From Bdellovibrionales bacterium (GTDB lineage: Bacteria > Bdellovibrionota_G > JALEGL01 > JAGRMV01): 64,000 nucleotides of DNA. Every line of letters begins with the position of its first letter. Position 1 is the stretch's first letter. A program made the position numbers and the translations under genes. Of the stretch, positions 1 to 9,262 are shown piece after piece. The stretch is taken from the NCBI GenBank assembly GCA_020434365.1, contig JAGRAX010000001.1, positions 8,568-72,567 on the forward strand. The letters run 5' to 3'. The notes below the pieces were generated by a model. It made no database searches. It was not told the origin of the DNA and saw only the letters and a list, made by a program, of their open reading frames with translations.

Positions 1-791
1 AGGTCTTTGCATTTTTGATAAAAGTTTTCGACCTCTGCCCGTTGAACTTTTTGATCTTCATCAAGAGACGTCATGAACTGTCGTTTTGAAGATTCATCTT
101 CGGACTCAACCGTGATCAAACCCATGTTAAAAAACAAAAACAGTGTTTGATAGATTAACAGTTTATCAAGAAAACTGGCTTCAAAAACTTCTTTGACACT
201 GGAGTTGTGTAAGAGCACATCAAATATACTTTGCTGCTCTTTGCTCAGCTCATTTCTTTCTTCTTTCGAAAGCAAAGACAGTTTGGTACTGCCCTCTTTT
301 AACTTAGGTGCGATGGAAAAAATTCGGTCAATAGAATATTCCTGAACCACACGTTCCAAAAAAGCTTTTCGAGAAAGAATCATAGGTACCGTAGCTGGAA
401 ATGTTTGATTGGCAAATACCAATTTGGATTCTTTTTCCCGAGCAATGTTTTGCAGGATATATTCTGCGAGCTCTTCTTTTTTTTGAGAAATTTCGTTAGG
501 TGAAAGCTCAAGATCTTTGACAGCCAAATCCCATTGACGAATGTTGGGGTCTGCGGCCTGAATCAAATAGCTTTCGTATTGCTTGGTGTTGAGGAGCTGT
601 TTTTGAAACAAAAAAGAACCCGGAAGCTCCATTTTTGCATTGGAGGAAACCACCAAACAGTCCCCATCTCTAAAAAGAATCTGCCGAATGCAATGCCCAT
701 TATCGATTTTTAGAATGCCGTTTAGACGATGTCGGTAAATAGAGGAAACTCCCTCGATGAAGTGCAGCTGAGAAAAGGCCTGTTCTTCCAC
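1..791 (-). CDS. DUF4388-like domain protein (C-terminal part beyond the window edge)
   Basis: Not in the ORF track because it runs off the window. The minus-strand frame is open from a GTG at 791..789 (overlapping the TAG stop of the upstream Hsp70 gene by 1 nt, TAGTG) to position 1. The N-terminal ~90 aa (..IEGVSSIYRHRLNGILKIDNGHCIRQILFRDGDCLVVSS..LPGSFLFQKQLLNTKQY..) fits the DUF4388 (PatA N-terminal-like) pattern as I remember it. Confidence 0.4.
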   Translation of the reverse strand, partial: MEEQAFSQLHFIEGVSSIYRHRLNGILKIDNGHCIRQILFRDGDCLVVSSNAKMELPGSFLFQKQLLNTKQYESYLIQAADPNIRQWDLAVKDLELSPNEISQKKEELAEYILQNIAREKESKLVFANQTFPATVPMILSRKAFLERVVQEYSIDRIFSIAPKLKEGSTKLSLLSKEERNELSKEQQSIFDVLLHNSSVKEVFEASFLDKLLIYQTLFLFFNMGLITVESEDESSKRQFMTSLDEDQKVQRAEVENFYQKCKD

Positions 792-2359
792 TATACAACT
801 CCAGGAGCCAGTTCTTCTGGAAGATTTTCAAGGGTTTTTAAACGTTCATTCTCTAGACGGCCCGAGGCCACCAAGCGAACGGACTGCGTATGTTTGGTCT
901 CTACATCTCTTGCCGTCACATTGAGGATTCCATTGGTGTCGATTTCAAAAGTGACTTCGATCGCCACCTCTCCCGCTGCAGCTTTTCGAAGACCGTCCAA
1001 AGTAAACTCGCCCAAAAGTTCATTGTCTTGGGCCTTTGCAGATTCTCCCTGAAAGATTCTAATTTTCACTGCGCTTTGTTCATCTACGTTCGTTGTAAAA
1101 TTTCGCGTATGATCCACAGGCAGAGGCGTATTGATATCAATGATTCTTTGAATGAATCCCCCCCGAATTTCAATGCCCAGAGATAGAGGCGTAAGATCCA
1201 CCAACACTACATCGGAGGTTTGGCCTCCGAGAACGCTTCCTTGAATCGCTGCCCCAACAGCCACAACTTGTTCCGGATCAATTTCAGTTTTGGGTTGTTT
1301 TTGAAAATAACTTTGAACAAATTCTCGAACTGTCGGCATTTTTGTGGGACCTCCGACAAGAATCAAACCATCTAAATTTGAAACCGAAAGATGCGCCTTT
1401 TGGAAGGCCTCATCCGAAACTAAGAATGTTCTTTGCATGAGCTCCTGAATGAGCTTTGCAAAAATGGTTCGAGTCAAAGACACTCGAAGATCAAAGCTCG
1501 TGGTTCCCGGTCTGAGAATGCCTGGAACAAAAATCTCGGCCCCTTCTTCTACTGAAAGAATGTGCTTGGCACGCTCACAGGCTTCTTGAACTTTTTGCAT
1601 CACAACCCGATCGGCTCGTAGATCACTTTGAAATTTTTCCTTTGCAAAGTCTACAACCCATGAAATCAATTTCTCATCGATATCATCTCCACCCAAATAC
1701 GTATCTCCAGCCGTAGAAACCACCTCAAAGACTCCATCTCCAAGCTCCAGGACCGAAACATCAAAAGTTCCTCCTCCTAGGTCATAGATCGCAACTCTTT
1801 GATGCCTTTGGCTTCCAAAACCATAGGCCAAAGCTGCGGCCGTGGGTTCGTTGATGATGCGAAGAACTTCAAGACCTGCGATTTTTCCTGCATCTACTGT
1901 AGCAGCTCGTTGATTGTCATTAAAATACGCAGGAACCGTGATTACAGCTTTGCTAAAACTCTCAGAAAAATATTTCTCTGCAATACTTTTCATTTTTTTG
2001 AGAACCATGGCTGAGATTTCCTGCAGCGTATACTGATTGTTACGAATGAGGAGCTCGATAGAATCGTTGGGCCCTTGAACAATCTTGTAAGGCTTAATCG
2101 ACTTGGCTTTTTCGACCTCTGGTGAGAAAAACTTACGACCAATCAAACGTTTGGCAGAGCTGATGGTATTTTCAGGATCAAGAATCAAATAGGGTTTGGC
2201 CTGGTGCCCCACCAAAATTTTTCCGTCCTCCCGAAAATGAACAATGGAAGGATGTACCTTTGCGCCGTTTTGATCGGGAATGATGAACGGTTTCCCATTG
2301 ACAACCACGGCTACTACCGAGGTCGTTGTACCCAAATCAATGCCTAAAATCTTCTCCAC
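791..2359 (-). CDS. Hsp70-family chaperone paralog (DnaK-like ATPase plus substrate-binding beta domain, no helical lid)
   Basis: 522-aa ORF. N-terminus [18 protein letters not shown] is the Hsp70 phosphate-1 motif, and [10 protein letters not shown] and [10 protein letters not shown] are the other ATPase motifs. The protein ends shortly after the SBD-beta region (..[14 protein letters not shown]..) and is about 100 aa shorter than DnaK. Confidence 0.85.
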   Translation of the reverse strand: MEKILGIDLGTTTSVVAVVVNGKPFIIPDQNGAKVHPSIVHFREDGKILVGHQAKPYLILDPENTISSAKRLIGRKFFSPEVEKAKSIKPYKIVQGPNDSIELLIRNNQYTLQEISAMVLKKMKSIAEKYFSESFSKAVITVPAYFNDNQRAATVDAGKIAGLEVLRIINEPTAAALAYGFGSQRHQRVAIYDLGGGTFDVSVLELGDGVFEVVSTAGDTYLGGDDIDEKLISWVVDFAKEKFQSDLRADRVVMQKVQEACERAKHILSVEEGAEIFVPGILRPGTTSFDLRVSLTRTIFAKLIQELMQRTFLVSDEAFQKAHLSVSNLDGLILVGGPTKMPTVREFVQSYFQKQPKTEIDPEQVVAVGAAIQGSVLGGQTSDVVLVDLTPLSLGIEIRGGFIQRIIDINTPLPVDHTRNFTTNVDEQSAVKIRIFQGESAKAQDNELLGEFTLDGLRKAAAGEVAIEVTFEIDTNGILNVTARDVETKHTQSVRLVASGRLENERLKTLENLPEELAPGVV

Positions 2360-2399
2360 AATTGACCCTCTACTTGTACAATGCTAGCTAGGGACTCAC

Positions 2400-3635
2400 A
2401 TGAAAGCACCCAAAACAGATGTGGTCCAACTCTCAGATATTGAAAGGGCGCAAAAGCGCATATCCGATTCTCTCTATTGTACACCATGCATTGAGTTTTT
2501 TTCTCCTTTTTTTTCAAAGCCTTCGCCCAAACTCTATCTAAAATTAGAAACCATGCATCAAACGGGCTGCTTCAAAGAACGTGGCGCGTTAAACAAACTT
2601 CTCTCCATTGATGAAAAAAATCTAGGCAAGCGGGTCATCGGAGCTTCTGCTGGGAACCATGCGCAGTCGGTTTCTTATCATGGGGCGCGTTTGGGATTTG
2701 AAGTCTCCATGATTATGCCGGAAAGCACGCCCAACAATAAAATTTTTGCCACCGAAAAATGGGGCGCGCATACGAGATTGCAAGGACATACCGTAGACGA
2801 AGGAATTGTCTTGGCTAAGGAGCAAGCCAAGAAAGAGGGTTGGGAATTTGTTCACGCCTTTGATGATCCAGAAGTTATTGCGGGACAGGGTACGCTGGGT
2901 CTAGAAATTTTGATGCAGGTTCCAGATGTAGAGTTGGTCGTGGTCCCTATCGGAGGAGGAGGATTCATTTCAGGGACTGCCGTCGCGATCAAACATCTCA
3001 AACCTTCTTGCAAAATTATCGGCGTGCAGAGTGAAAAGTTTCCCAGCATGTACCACAAATTTACACATACGCCCGCTCCCCCTCGAAGCCTGGAATCTAG
3101 CATTGCCGATGGAATTGCCGTGAAAGGACTTGGCAGCTATACGCAGCCTCTGATCGAAAAATACGTCGATGACATTGTTTTGGTTTCGGATGAAGAAATA
3201 GCTCAAAGCATTTTACAGCTTTTGGAAGCCCGAAAAATCCTTGCTGAAGGTGCTGGGGCTGCGGGACTAGCCGCCATTCTTCATGGAAAAATCCCGCAGG
3301 CGGACTCGAAAGTCACGGTCACGCCCATTTGCGGCGGCAATATCGATATGAATCTTCTATCTCGGATCATTGAGCGCGGATATATGAGACAAAAAAAGCT
3401 CATTCGTCTCAACGTGGTCATCTCAGATCGACCCGGCTCTCTACACAAACTAACCGGAGTGTTGGCAGAGCTAGGTGCCAATGTTCTTCAAATTCATCAT
3501 CAAAGAGCCTCCACAGAAATCCCTTTTTACAATACAGGAACCGATATCACCTTAGAGACTCGAGGAGAAAAACACAGCCAACAAATTCTCGAACGCCTAG
3601 AAAAAGAAACCTACAAAGTCACCATTAAGAATTAG
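2400..3635 (+). CDS. ilvA: threonine dehydratase (threonine ammonia-lyase), short form with one C-terminal ACT-like domain
   Basis: 411-aa ORF. The PLP-dependent fold-type II motifs SAGNHAQ and GGGG glycine loop are present, and a C-terminal regulatory domain follows. It is divergent from the Hsp70 gene with a 40-nt spacer. Confidence 0.85.
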   Translation: MKAPKTDVVQLSDIERAQKRISDSLYCTPCIEFFSPFFSKPSPKLYLKLETMHQTGCFKERGALNKLLSIDEKNLGKRVIGASAGNHAQSVSYHGARLGFEVSMIMPESTPNNKIFATEKWGAHTRLQGHTVDEGIVLAKEQAKKEGWEFVHAFDDPEVIAGQGTLGLEILMQVPDVELVVVPIGGGGFISGTAVAIKHLKPSCKIIGVQSEKFPSMYHKFTHTPAPPRSLESSIADGIAVKGLGSYTQPLIEKYVDDIVLVSDEEIAQSILQLLEARKILAEGAGAAGLAAILHGKIPQADSKVTVTPICGGNIDMNLLSRIIERGYMRQKKLIRLNVVISDRPGSLHKLTGVLAELGANVLQIHHQRASTEIPFYNTGTDITLETRGEKHSQQILERLEKETYKVTIKN

Positions 3636-3806
3636 AGACTGTTCTGTTCTTTTCTTTATCCCAATGGAAAGCCATTGAAAAAATATCTTTGCCCTTGACA
3701 TTACTCACTTCCCTATCCTAGGGTCATTTCAGATACAATATACGAGACCTAAAAGGAGGTATTTCAAATGAAATAATATATAGGGCGATATGCCATAGGA
3801 GCTTTT

Positions 3807-4277
3807 TTGGCGCTAATGGCCACAACTCAGGCTTATGGAGCGGATGCAAGCATCTCATACAAGATGATCAATGGGACAGAGAACACGTCGTGCAGCTATG
3901 AAGCGCAATGGATCACCGAAGACTCCGTAGATAAAAGTAATATTATCTCTAGAAATGATTTTACCGAAAAAGACTTAGGCAACTATGGGAATATTTACGC
4001 CCAAGTTATCAGAACCTACTACACTCAAAAAGGTAACTTCAAAAATCAAAGTCCAGAAAAACAAATACCGGGACAACAGTCATTTTGTGATTCATTCTCG
4101 GTTTGTGCTCTAACTTTTGTTTGTAAAAATACTGCTGAGAGCACACAAGTAGAAGTCACGATTCAAGATCACAAAGGAAAAACTTCAACCTACAACATCG
4201 ATGTTCATAAAAAAGGGGAAAAAGGGAAACCTTTCGAAGGATCTCATATAGATGGTGTAAGTGTATACGTAAAATAA
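3807..4277 (+). CDS. hypothetical small secreted protein
   Basis: 156-aa ORF with a TTG start, 7 nt after an AGGAG. It has a hydrophobic N-terminus and ends at a strong intrinsic terminator. I recognise no domain. Confidence 0.4.
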   Translation: MALMATTQAYGADASISYKMINGTENTSCSYEAQWITEDSVDKSNIISRNDFTEKDLGNYGNIYAQVIRTYYTQKGNFKNQSPEKQIPGQQSFCDSFSVCALTFVCKNTAESTQVEVTIQDHKGKTSTYNIDVHKKGEKGKPFEGSHIDGVSVYVK

Positions 4278-4298
4278 CTCTAAAAAAATACATACTTT

Positions 4299-4336
4299 AC
4301 CTCCTGGGTTTTCCAAACTCAGGAGGTTTTTTTTGT
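4299..4336 (+). terminator. rho-independent terminator
   Basis: Stem ACCTCCTG / CAGGAGGT with a 13-nt loop, followed by a run of 9 T, directly downstream of the 3807..4277 ORF. Confidence 0.8.
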
Positions 4337-4535
4337 TCGCTACATTTTTTTCATAAAGTCACAAAAGCTTATGTTTTTGAAGAATTCTGATCAATAGAGA
4401 AGAATTTTGATCTCGTAAGAATCTTGGAAATCCCCAAACATCTTTGTAGCTGATTTGAATCCAAGAAAAGGGCAGCATGTTTCTCTTTGAAAAATCTGGA
4501 TCGAACTTTATCTCTTTTGTGTCTGTGTTATATCT

Positions 4536-5096
4536 GTGACCATGTTTGCTTGGATTGTACTGGTGCAGTGGCTTGCACGTTTGATTTTTGCCCTTTTGAT
4601 TGCTCTTTCGATCTGGTCTGTTCGGATCATGTTGGAACGCAAAAAATATTTTGCTTCACTGAAGCTAGATCCTTCGAAAGACTTTGTGGAGCAAGCTGAC
4701 CAGAATGCGTTTTTCGCGCAGGCGCGTGCGTCTCTCTCCACAGCTTCAACTCCAGAATCTGTAGAACGAAAATATCAAAACCATCTTCATTTGATTTCAA
4801 AGGATCTTCAAAAAGATCTTGCAAGTTTGGGTACACTGGGAAGCATCAGTCCTTTTATAGGTCTATTGGGAACGGTGTGTGGAATCATTGCAGCTTTTGG
4901 AGATCTTTCGCAGGGAACGCAAAATACAAATCAGATGATGTTTTCTTTGGCCGAAGCGCTGCTTCTTACAGCTGTAGGTTTGGGCGTAGCCATTCCTGCT
5001 GTGGTTGCCTACAATTATTTTTCTCGTCAGGTCAAAGAAGTGCTGTCTCACCTTACTTGTCTTAAAAACGAACACCTAGAATCTATGGAAAGCTAA
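4536..5096 (+). CDS. exbB: MotA/TolQ/ExbB proton-channel protein
   Basis: 186 aa with three TM segments and the MotA/TolQ/ExbB C-terminal signature (..GLLGTVCGIIAAF..MMFSLAEALLLTAVGL..). It is followed by exbD, a tonB-like gene and a TonB-dependent receptor. Start is GTG at 4536 or ATG at 4542. Confidence 0.85.
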   Translation: MTMFAWIVLVQWLARLIFALLIALSIWSVRIMLERKKYFASLKLDPSKDFVEQADQNAFFAQARASLSTASTPESVERKYQNHLHLISKDLQKDLASLGTLGSISPFIGLLGTVCGIIAAFGDLSQGTQNTNQMMFSLAEALLLTAVGLGVAIPAVVAYNYFSRQVKEVLSHLTCLKNEHLESMES

Positions 5097-5500
5097 TGGC
5101 TTTTTCTCCTGAATCAGAAGACGGCATTTTTGACATCAACATCACGCCTTTTGTGGATGTCGTATTGGTTTTGCTCGTCATTTTTATGGTGACTGCGCCC
5201 ATGCTGGCCAAACAAGCTCTTACACTTACACTTCCCGACTCTAGCGTCTCTGACCCCATACAAGCTACAAGTCTGGGCATTTCGATTTCGGCCTCCGGTC
5301 AGTTCTCCATGTACGGTGAGCTCACTTCCGAAAAAGCCTTTGTGGAAAAAGCCGCGCAGGCCATGCAAAAAGACCCAAACACTCAAGCGATGATCGCAGC
5401 GGATGTCAACTGCGCCCATAAACATGTGATCAAAGTGATCAATCTCTTGCGCCAAGCGGGAGTTGAGCGCTACGCCTTTCAAGTCAGAGTAGAGGAGTGA
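5096..5500 (+). CDS. exbD: ExbD/TolR biopolymer transport protein
   Basis: 134 aa with one TM (ITPFVDVVLVLLVIFMVTAPM), typical of ExbD/TolR. Its start overlaps the exbB stop. Confidence 0.85.
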   Translation: MAFSPESEDGIFDINITPFVDVVLVLLVIFMVTAPMLAKQALTLTLPDSSVSDPIQATSLGISISASGQFSMYGELTSEKAFVEKAAQAMQKDPNTQAMIAADVNCAHKHVIKVINLLRQAGVERYAFQVRVEE

Positions 5501-5503
5501 TGC

Positions 5504-6169
5504 TTGCTCAGAGTTTCCAATCAAAAGCATTGGCTTGTTTCTATTTTTATTCACCTGTCATTGCTGATCATTTGCATCTTGTTGGCTTGGGTGTTTTCAA
5601 AAAATCCAGAAAAAATAGAACGTTTTGAGTTTACGATCAAAGAAGTTCCTGATTTTGAAACGGCTCCTATTGCGAAAAACATAGAAAAAAAAATGCAGCC
5701 CATCCAAAGCAGTACAAAAGAGATTGATACGAATCAAAATCAAAATGTTCCAGAAGTCTTCGGCATTCGAAAAGACTCTCTGAAAACAAGTGGCTCTTCA
5801 GGAATCCATGAAAAAGCAGGCAATACCCTAGGCAAAGATCCTGATTCGCTCATACTTGAGGATGATCGAGAACTCCCCACTCCCAAGCCGGCCTACTTGG
5901 TTTCCCAAATGCCCGTGCTCCTGGCTCAGATTGACCCTGTCTATCCAGAAGAAGCCCGAAAGAAAAATATCGAAGGGCAAGTCGTATTGAAAGTTCTCAT
6001 TGATGAAGAAGGAAAAGTTGCAAGGTCCATCATTGTAGAAGATCCTGGCTATGGTTTTGGAAAAGCTGCAAAGGAAGCCATGATGGACTATACCTTTAAA
6101 GCTGCGCGTATCGAAAATCAAAATGTAGCCGTAGAGATTCGCTATGTTGTGCGCTTTGAACTGAAGTAA
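5504..6169 (+). CDS. tonB: TonB-family energy transducer (C-terminal TonB domain)
   Basis: 221 aa with an N-terminal TM. The C-terminus (..YPEEARKKNIEGQVVLKVLIDEEGKVARSIIVEDPGYGFGKAAKEAMMDYTFKAA..) is a TonB C-terminal domain. Confidence 0.75.
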   Translation: MLRVSNQKHWLVSIFIHLSLLIICILLAWVFSKNPEKIERFEFTIKEVPDFETAPIAKNIEKKMQPIQSSTKEIDTNQNQNVPEVFGIRKDSLKTSGSSGIHEKAGNTLGKDPDSLILEDDRELPTPKPAYLVSQMPVLLAQIDPVYPEEARKKNIEGQVVLKVLIDEEGKVARSIIVEDPGYGFGKAAKEAMMDYTFKAARIENQNVAVEIRYVVRFELK

Positions 6170-6174
6170 ATGTT

Positions 6175-8433
6175 ATGAAATATTACAGCCTTCTCATATT
6201 TTTAATTGCCAGCTTACACAACCTGAGCTCTGTGACTTTTGCACAAGAAAAAATATGCTCTGTTGCATTTACGATCAAAGAAAAGGGCAGCAAAAAGAAA
6301 ATTTCCAATGCGAGCATGTTTCTCCTTCCCGAGGGCCTGGAAAAAATCTCCGATGATCAAGGACAACTGAGCTATGATCACCTAAGCTGCACAACACATG
6401 CTTGGGTCATCAATCTCACGGGCTACCTTCGAAGAGATCTTGAAATCAATGTGGAAGACTCCATGTCAAAAACCATTTTTTTGGAGGCCGCCAGCAGTAA
6501 TGAATTTGAAACCATTGTTACAGCAGATAAAAATACCCGAGATGGATCCAAAAGAAGTATTGCGCAGAAAGATTTTATCTCTGCCATTGGGAGTCGCGGG
6601 GATCCCATCATAGCCTTAGAAAATGAAGTGGGCTTTTCGGGTTTTGGCTCGCAAGGAGGTGTCGTTTTGCAAGGCGCGGATCCTGAAGATACGCGTTTTT
6701 ACATTCATGGACATGAGATTCCTCTGATTTTTCACAACCTAGGCTTTTCTTCGATTCTGATTCCCGACGTGGTGGATTCTGTGCAGCTTTACACTGCAGG
6801 GTTTGGTGCAGAGTACGGACGAAGCATCGGAGGGAACGTCAATTTGGAAACTGTCGATCCTCGAAGTGATCGCATTCATGGAATGAGCTATGTAGATTTG
6901 CTCAATGCCGCGGCATTGGTGGAGGGACCCATTGCAGATCATCACTCTTTTTGGATGGGCGGTCGAATCAGTTACATTGGTCCAATTTTTTCATTGGTAA
7001 CCATGAATGATGACAGTGTGTCTTTCAATCAGGTCCCACAATTTTTTGATCTTGAAGCTCAATACAAATGGGACATTTCAAAGAATCTACAGTTTGACCT
7101 TTTGGGCATTGGATCCAAAGACACTGTAAATGTCTTGCTTCGAAATACGGATGATCCTTATTTCAAAGGAGAACTTGGATCCACCACAGCCTTTTATCGT
7201 TTCATCCCTCGGATTCAATATACATGGAATGAGCAAAATCGATTTGAACTATCTATGGGTCTTGGAAAAGATTATGTAAAATTCTCTCTCGGAGATCAGT
7301 TTTTTGATGCCGAAATTTTTCAACCTACCTTAAGATCAGAATGGGAGCAGCATTGGAACGATCAGTGGATCTCGTATGTGGGTTTGGACTTTCAGTATCT
7401 TGACTTTCAAGCGGATGTAAATTTGCCTGCAGGATCTTTTCCCAATGCAGAGGATGAAAATGTGCCTTTGAGTTTGAGAGATGTCATTGTCAAAGAAATT
7501 GAGCAACAAGCACTGCAAGCTGGAGCATATCTGCGAGTTGATTTTTTGACTCAAGATCAGATTTGGAGATTTTCTCCCAATCTTCGTTTCGATTATTTTG
7601 GTCTCACACACAACCTACACATTCAACCAAGGCTCGAGATCGAATCTCGCATTGATAAGCATTGGCGCGCGAGGCTCTCAGGGGGATTGTACCATCAAGC
7701 TCCTCAACCTGCAGAACTGGAAAGCAGTTTTGGAAATCCAGATCTCGAAGATCCCTATGCCCTTCACTATGTTGTCAGTGCTTTGATGGATTTTAGAGAT
7801 AAAAAAGCAGAAGGTTTGTACGGAGATTTCAGCATTTTTTATAAGGACCTTTACAATCTTGTCGTAGACAGTGATGCGCTGATCACAAGAAATGGCAGCC
7901 TCGTCCCCCAAAGATATAGCAATGATGGCAGCGGCTACAGCATCGGAAATCAATGGTCACTCCGATACAATAAAGGCAGATGGTCTCATGCTTTGGCCTA
8001 TACGCTTCTTTGGTCAGAAAAATTCTCTCCCGATGAAGCGCTGTATCCATCATTAGGAGAGCAAAGACACAATGCAAATCTTCGATCGACGGTGAAGCTA
8101 GGAAACTGGTCATTGGGAGCGCGACTACGTGTCATTTCGGGTCAGCGCTATACGCCGGTGCTATCTGCAGCCTATGATGCGGACCAAGATATTTTCTTGC
8201 CTTCTTTTGGGGCGCGTAATTCTCGTCGCGGACCTTTGTTTTATCAATTGGATCTACGCCTGGATCGAAAATGGATCTATGATCAATGGATTCTTTCCTT
8301 TTATCTCGATATTCAAAATGTAACCAATCGAAATAATCCTTTCGAAGTTGAGTATAATTTTGACTACTCGGAGCAAGAGTACTCATCGGGCATTCCGATT
8401 TTGCCAACTTTTGGAATCAAAGGAGAGTTTTAA
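6175..8433 (+). CDS. TonB-dependent outer-membrane receptor with an N-terminal carboxypeptidase-regulatory-like extension
   Basis: 752 aa with a signal peptide, a plug-like region (..DPIIALENEVGFSGFGSQGGVVLQGADPEDTRFYIHG..), a long beta-barrel, and a C-terminal aromatic residue (..FGIKGEF). Confidence 0.8.
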   Translation: MKYYSLLIFLIASLHNLSSVTFAQEKICSVAFTIKEKGSKKKISNASMFLLPEGLEKISDDQGQLSYDHLSCTTHAWVINLTGYLRRDLEINVEDSMSKTIFLEAASSNEFETIVTADKNTRDGSKRSIAQKDFISAIGSRGDPIIALENEVGFSGFGSQGGVVLQGADPEDTRFYIHGHEIPLIFHNLGFSSILIPDVVDSVQLYTAGFGAEYGRSIGGNVNLETVDPRSDRIHGMSYVDLLNAAALVEGPIADHHSFWMGGRISYIGPIFSLVTMNDDSVSFNQVPQFFDLEAQYKWDISKNLQFDLLGIGSKDTVNVLLRNTDDPYFKGELGSTTAFYRFIPRIQYTWNEQNRFELSMGLGKDYVKFSLGDQFFDAEIFQPTLRSEWEQHWNDQWISYVGLDFQYLDFQADVNLPAGSFPNAEDENVPLSLRDVIVKEIEQQALQAGAYLRVDFLTQDQIWRFSPNLRFDYFGLTHNLHIQPRLEIESRIDKHWRARLSGGLYHQAPQPAELESSFGNPDLEDPYALHYVVSALMDFRDKKAEGLYGDFSIFYKDLYNLVVDSDALITRNGSLVPQRYSNDGSGYSIGNQWSLRYNKGRWSHALAYTLLWSEKFSPDEALYPSLGEQRHNANLRSTVKLGNWSLGARLRVISGQRYTPVLSAAYDADQDIFLPSFGARNSRRGPLFYQLDLRLDRKWIYDQWILSFYLDIQNVTNRNNPFEVEYNFDYSEQEYSSGIPILPTFGIKGEF

Positions 8434-9254
8434 TGAAGTCCTTAATTTTTTATTTTTTACTTTTTTGTCTTTCATCTTGCAGTGACCAGACCATTGAATA
8501 TTTTGAATTGGGAGAATTTAGATTTTTAACAGCCATTGCCAACCTACCGGAAGTCGATGGATCTGTGAGCAACATTGTAAGCATTACGCCTTACATTTCT
8601 GACATTGATGCTGGAGGCAGAACCATTGCTCTCGAAATTTATGCTTGTCCAGATCCTGGAATTTCAAATGGCCAAGAAGCTGCCTGTCAGCCTAGCCTAA
8701 GCACCACACAAAATATTTCCTATTCTTCCATTCACACTTCAAGTTTAGGAAGCAGTTTTACAGGCGCGCTGCCTTCGTTTTCAGTTTCCGTTCCGGCAGG
8801 TCTTTTGACAGGTCTTGCAGATGATGTTCGATTCAATGGGATAGATTTTATTGTCACAATGAATTTTTCTTTTGATCAGGAACATTTTTATACCTACAAA
8901 AGAATCAAAGTTTCGGAAAGGCTTTCAAAAAATACCAATCCTTCTATCAATGAAATTTTATTTTCTCAGAGCGCAAGCAAAGCCTTAGAAGACAAAGATG
9001 AGCTTTCGATTACCACAAGCGGAAATGCCGAAGAAAGTTATGAAATTGCCAAACCCAATACAAACGACAAAGAAACTCTGGAGGAAGAAGCTTTCGTGAC
9101 TTGGTTTACCTACCAAGGAACATCTGCCTTTTCTCGAACTTTTGTAGATGAAGGCACAAGCTTCGAACTTGGAAAAGAGGGAGATATCTCCAAAGCTTTT
9201 GTTGCCGCCATTCTCAGAGATGGCCGAGGCGGCGCAAGTTTTGCGATTCGTTAG
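8433..9254 (+). CDS. lipoprotein co-transcribed with the TonB-dependent receptor
   Basis: 273 aa with lipobox LSSC after an N-terminal hydrophobic segment. Its ATG overlaps the receptor stop (TAATG). No domain recognised. Confidence 0.5.
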   Translation: MKSLIFYFLLFCLSSCSDQTIEYFELGEFRFLTAIANLPEVDGSVSNIVSITPYISDIDAGGRTIALEIYACPDPGISNGQEAACQPSLSTTQNISYSSIHTSSLGSSFTGALPSFSVSVPAGLLTGLADDVRFNGIDFIVTMNFSFDQEHFYTYKRIKVSERLSKNTNPSINEILFSQSASKALEDKDELSITTSGNAEESYEIAKPNTNDKETLEEEAFVTWFTYQGTSAFSRTFVDEGTSFELGKEGDISKAFVAAILRDGRGGASFAIR

Positions 9255-9262
9255 GCACTGAT

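Noticed and set aside
729-1186. Plus-strand ORFs 729..1052 and 890..1186 (107 and 98 aa).
   Set aside because: They are antisense to the well-supported Hsp70 gene, have no recognisable domains, and are typical shadow ORFs.
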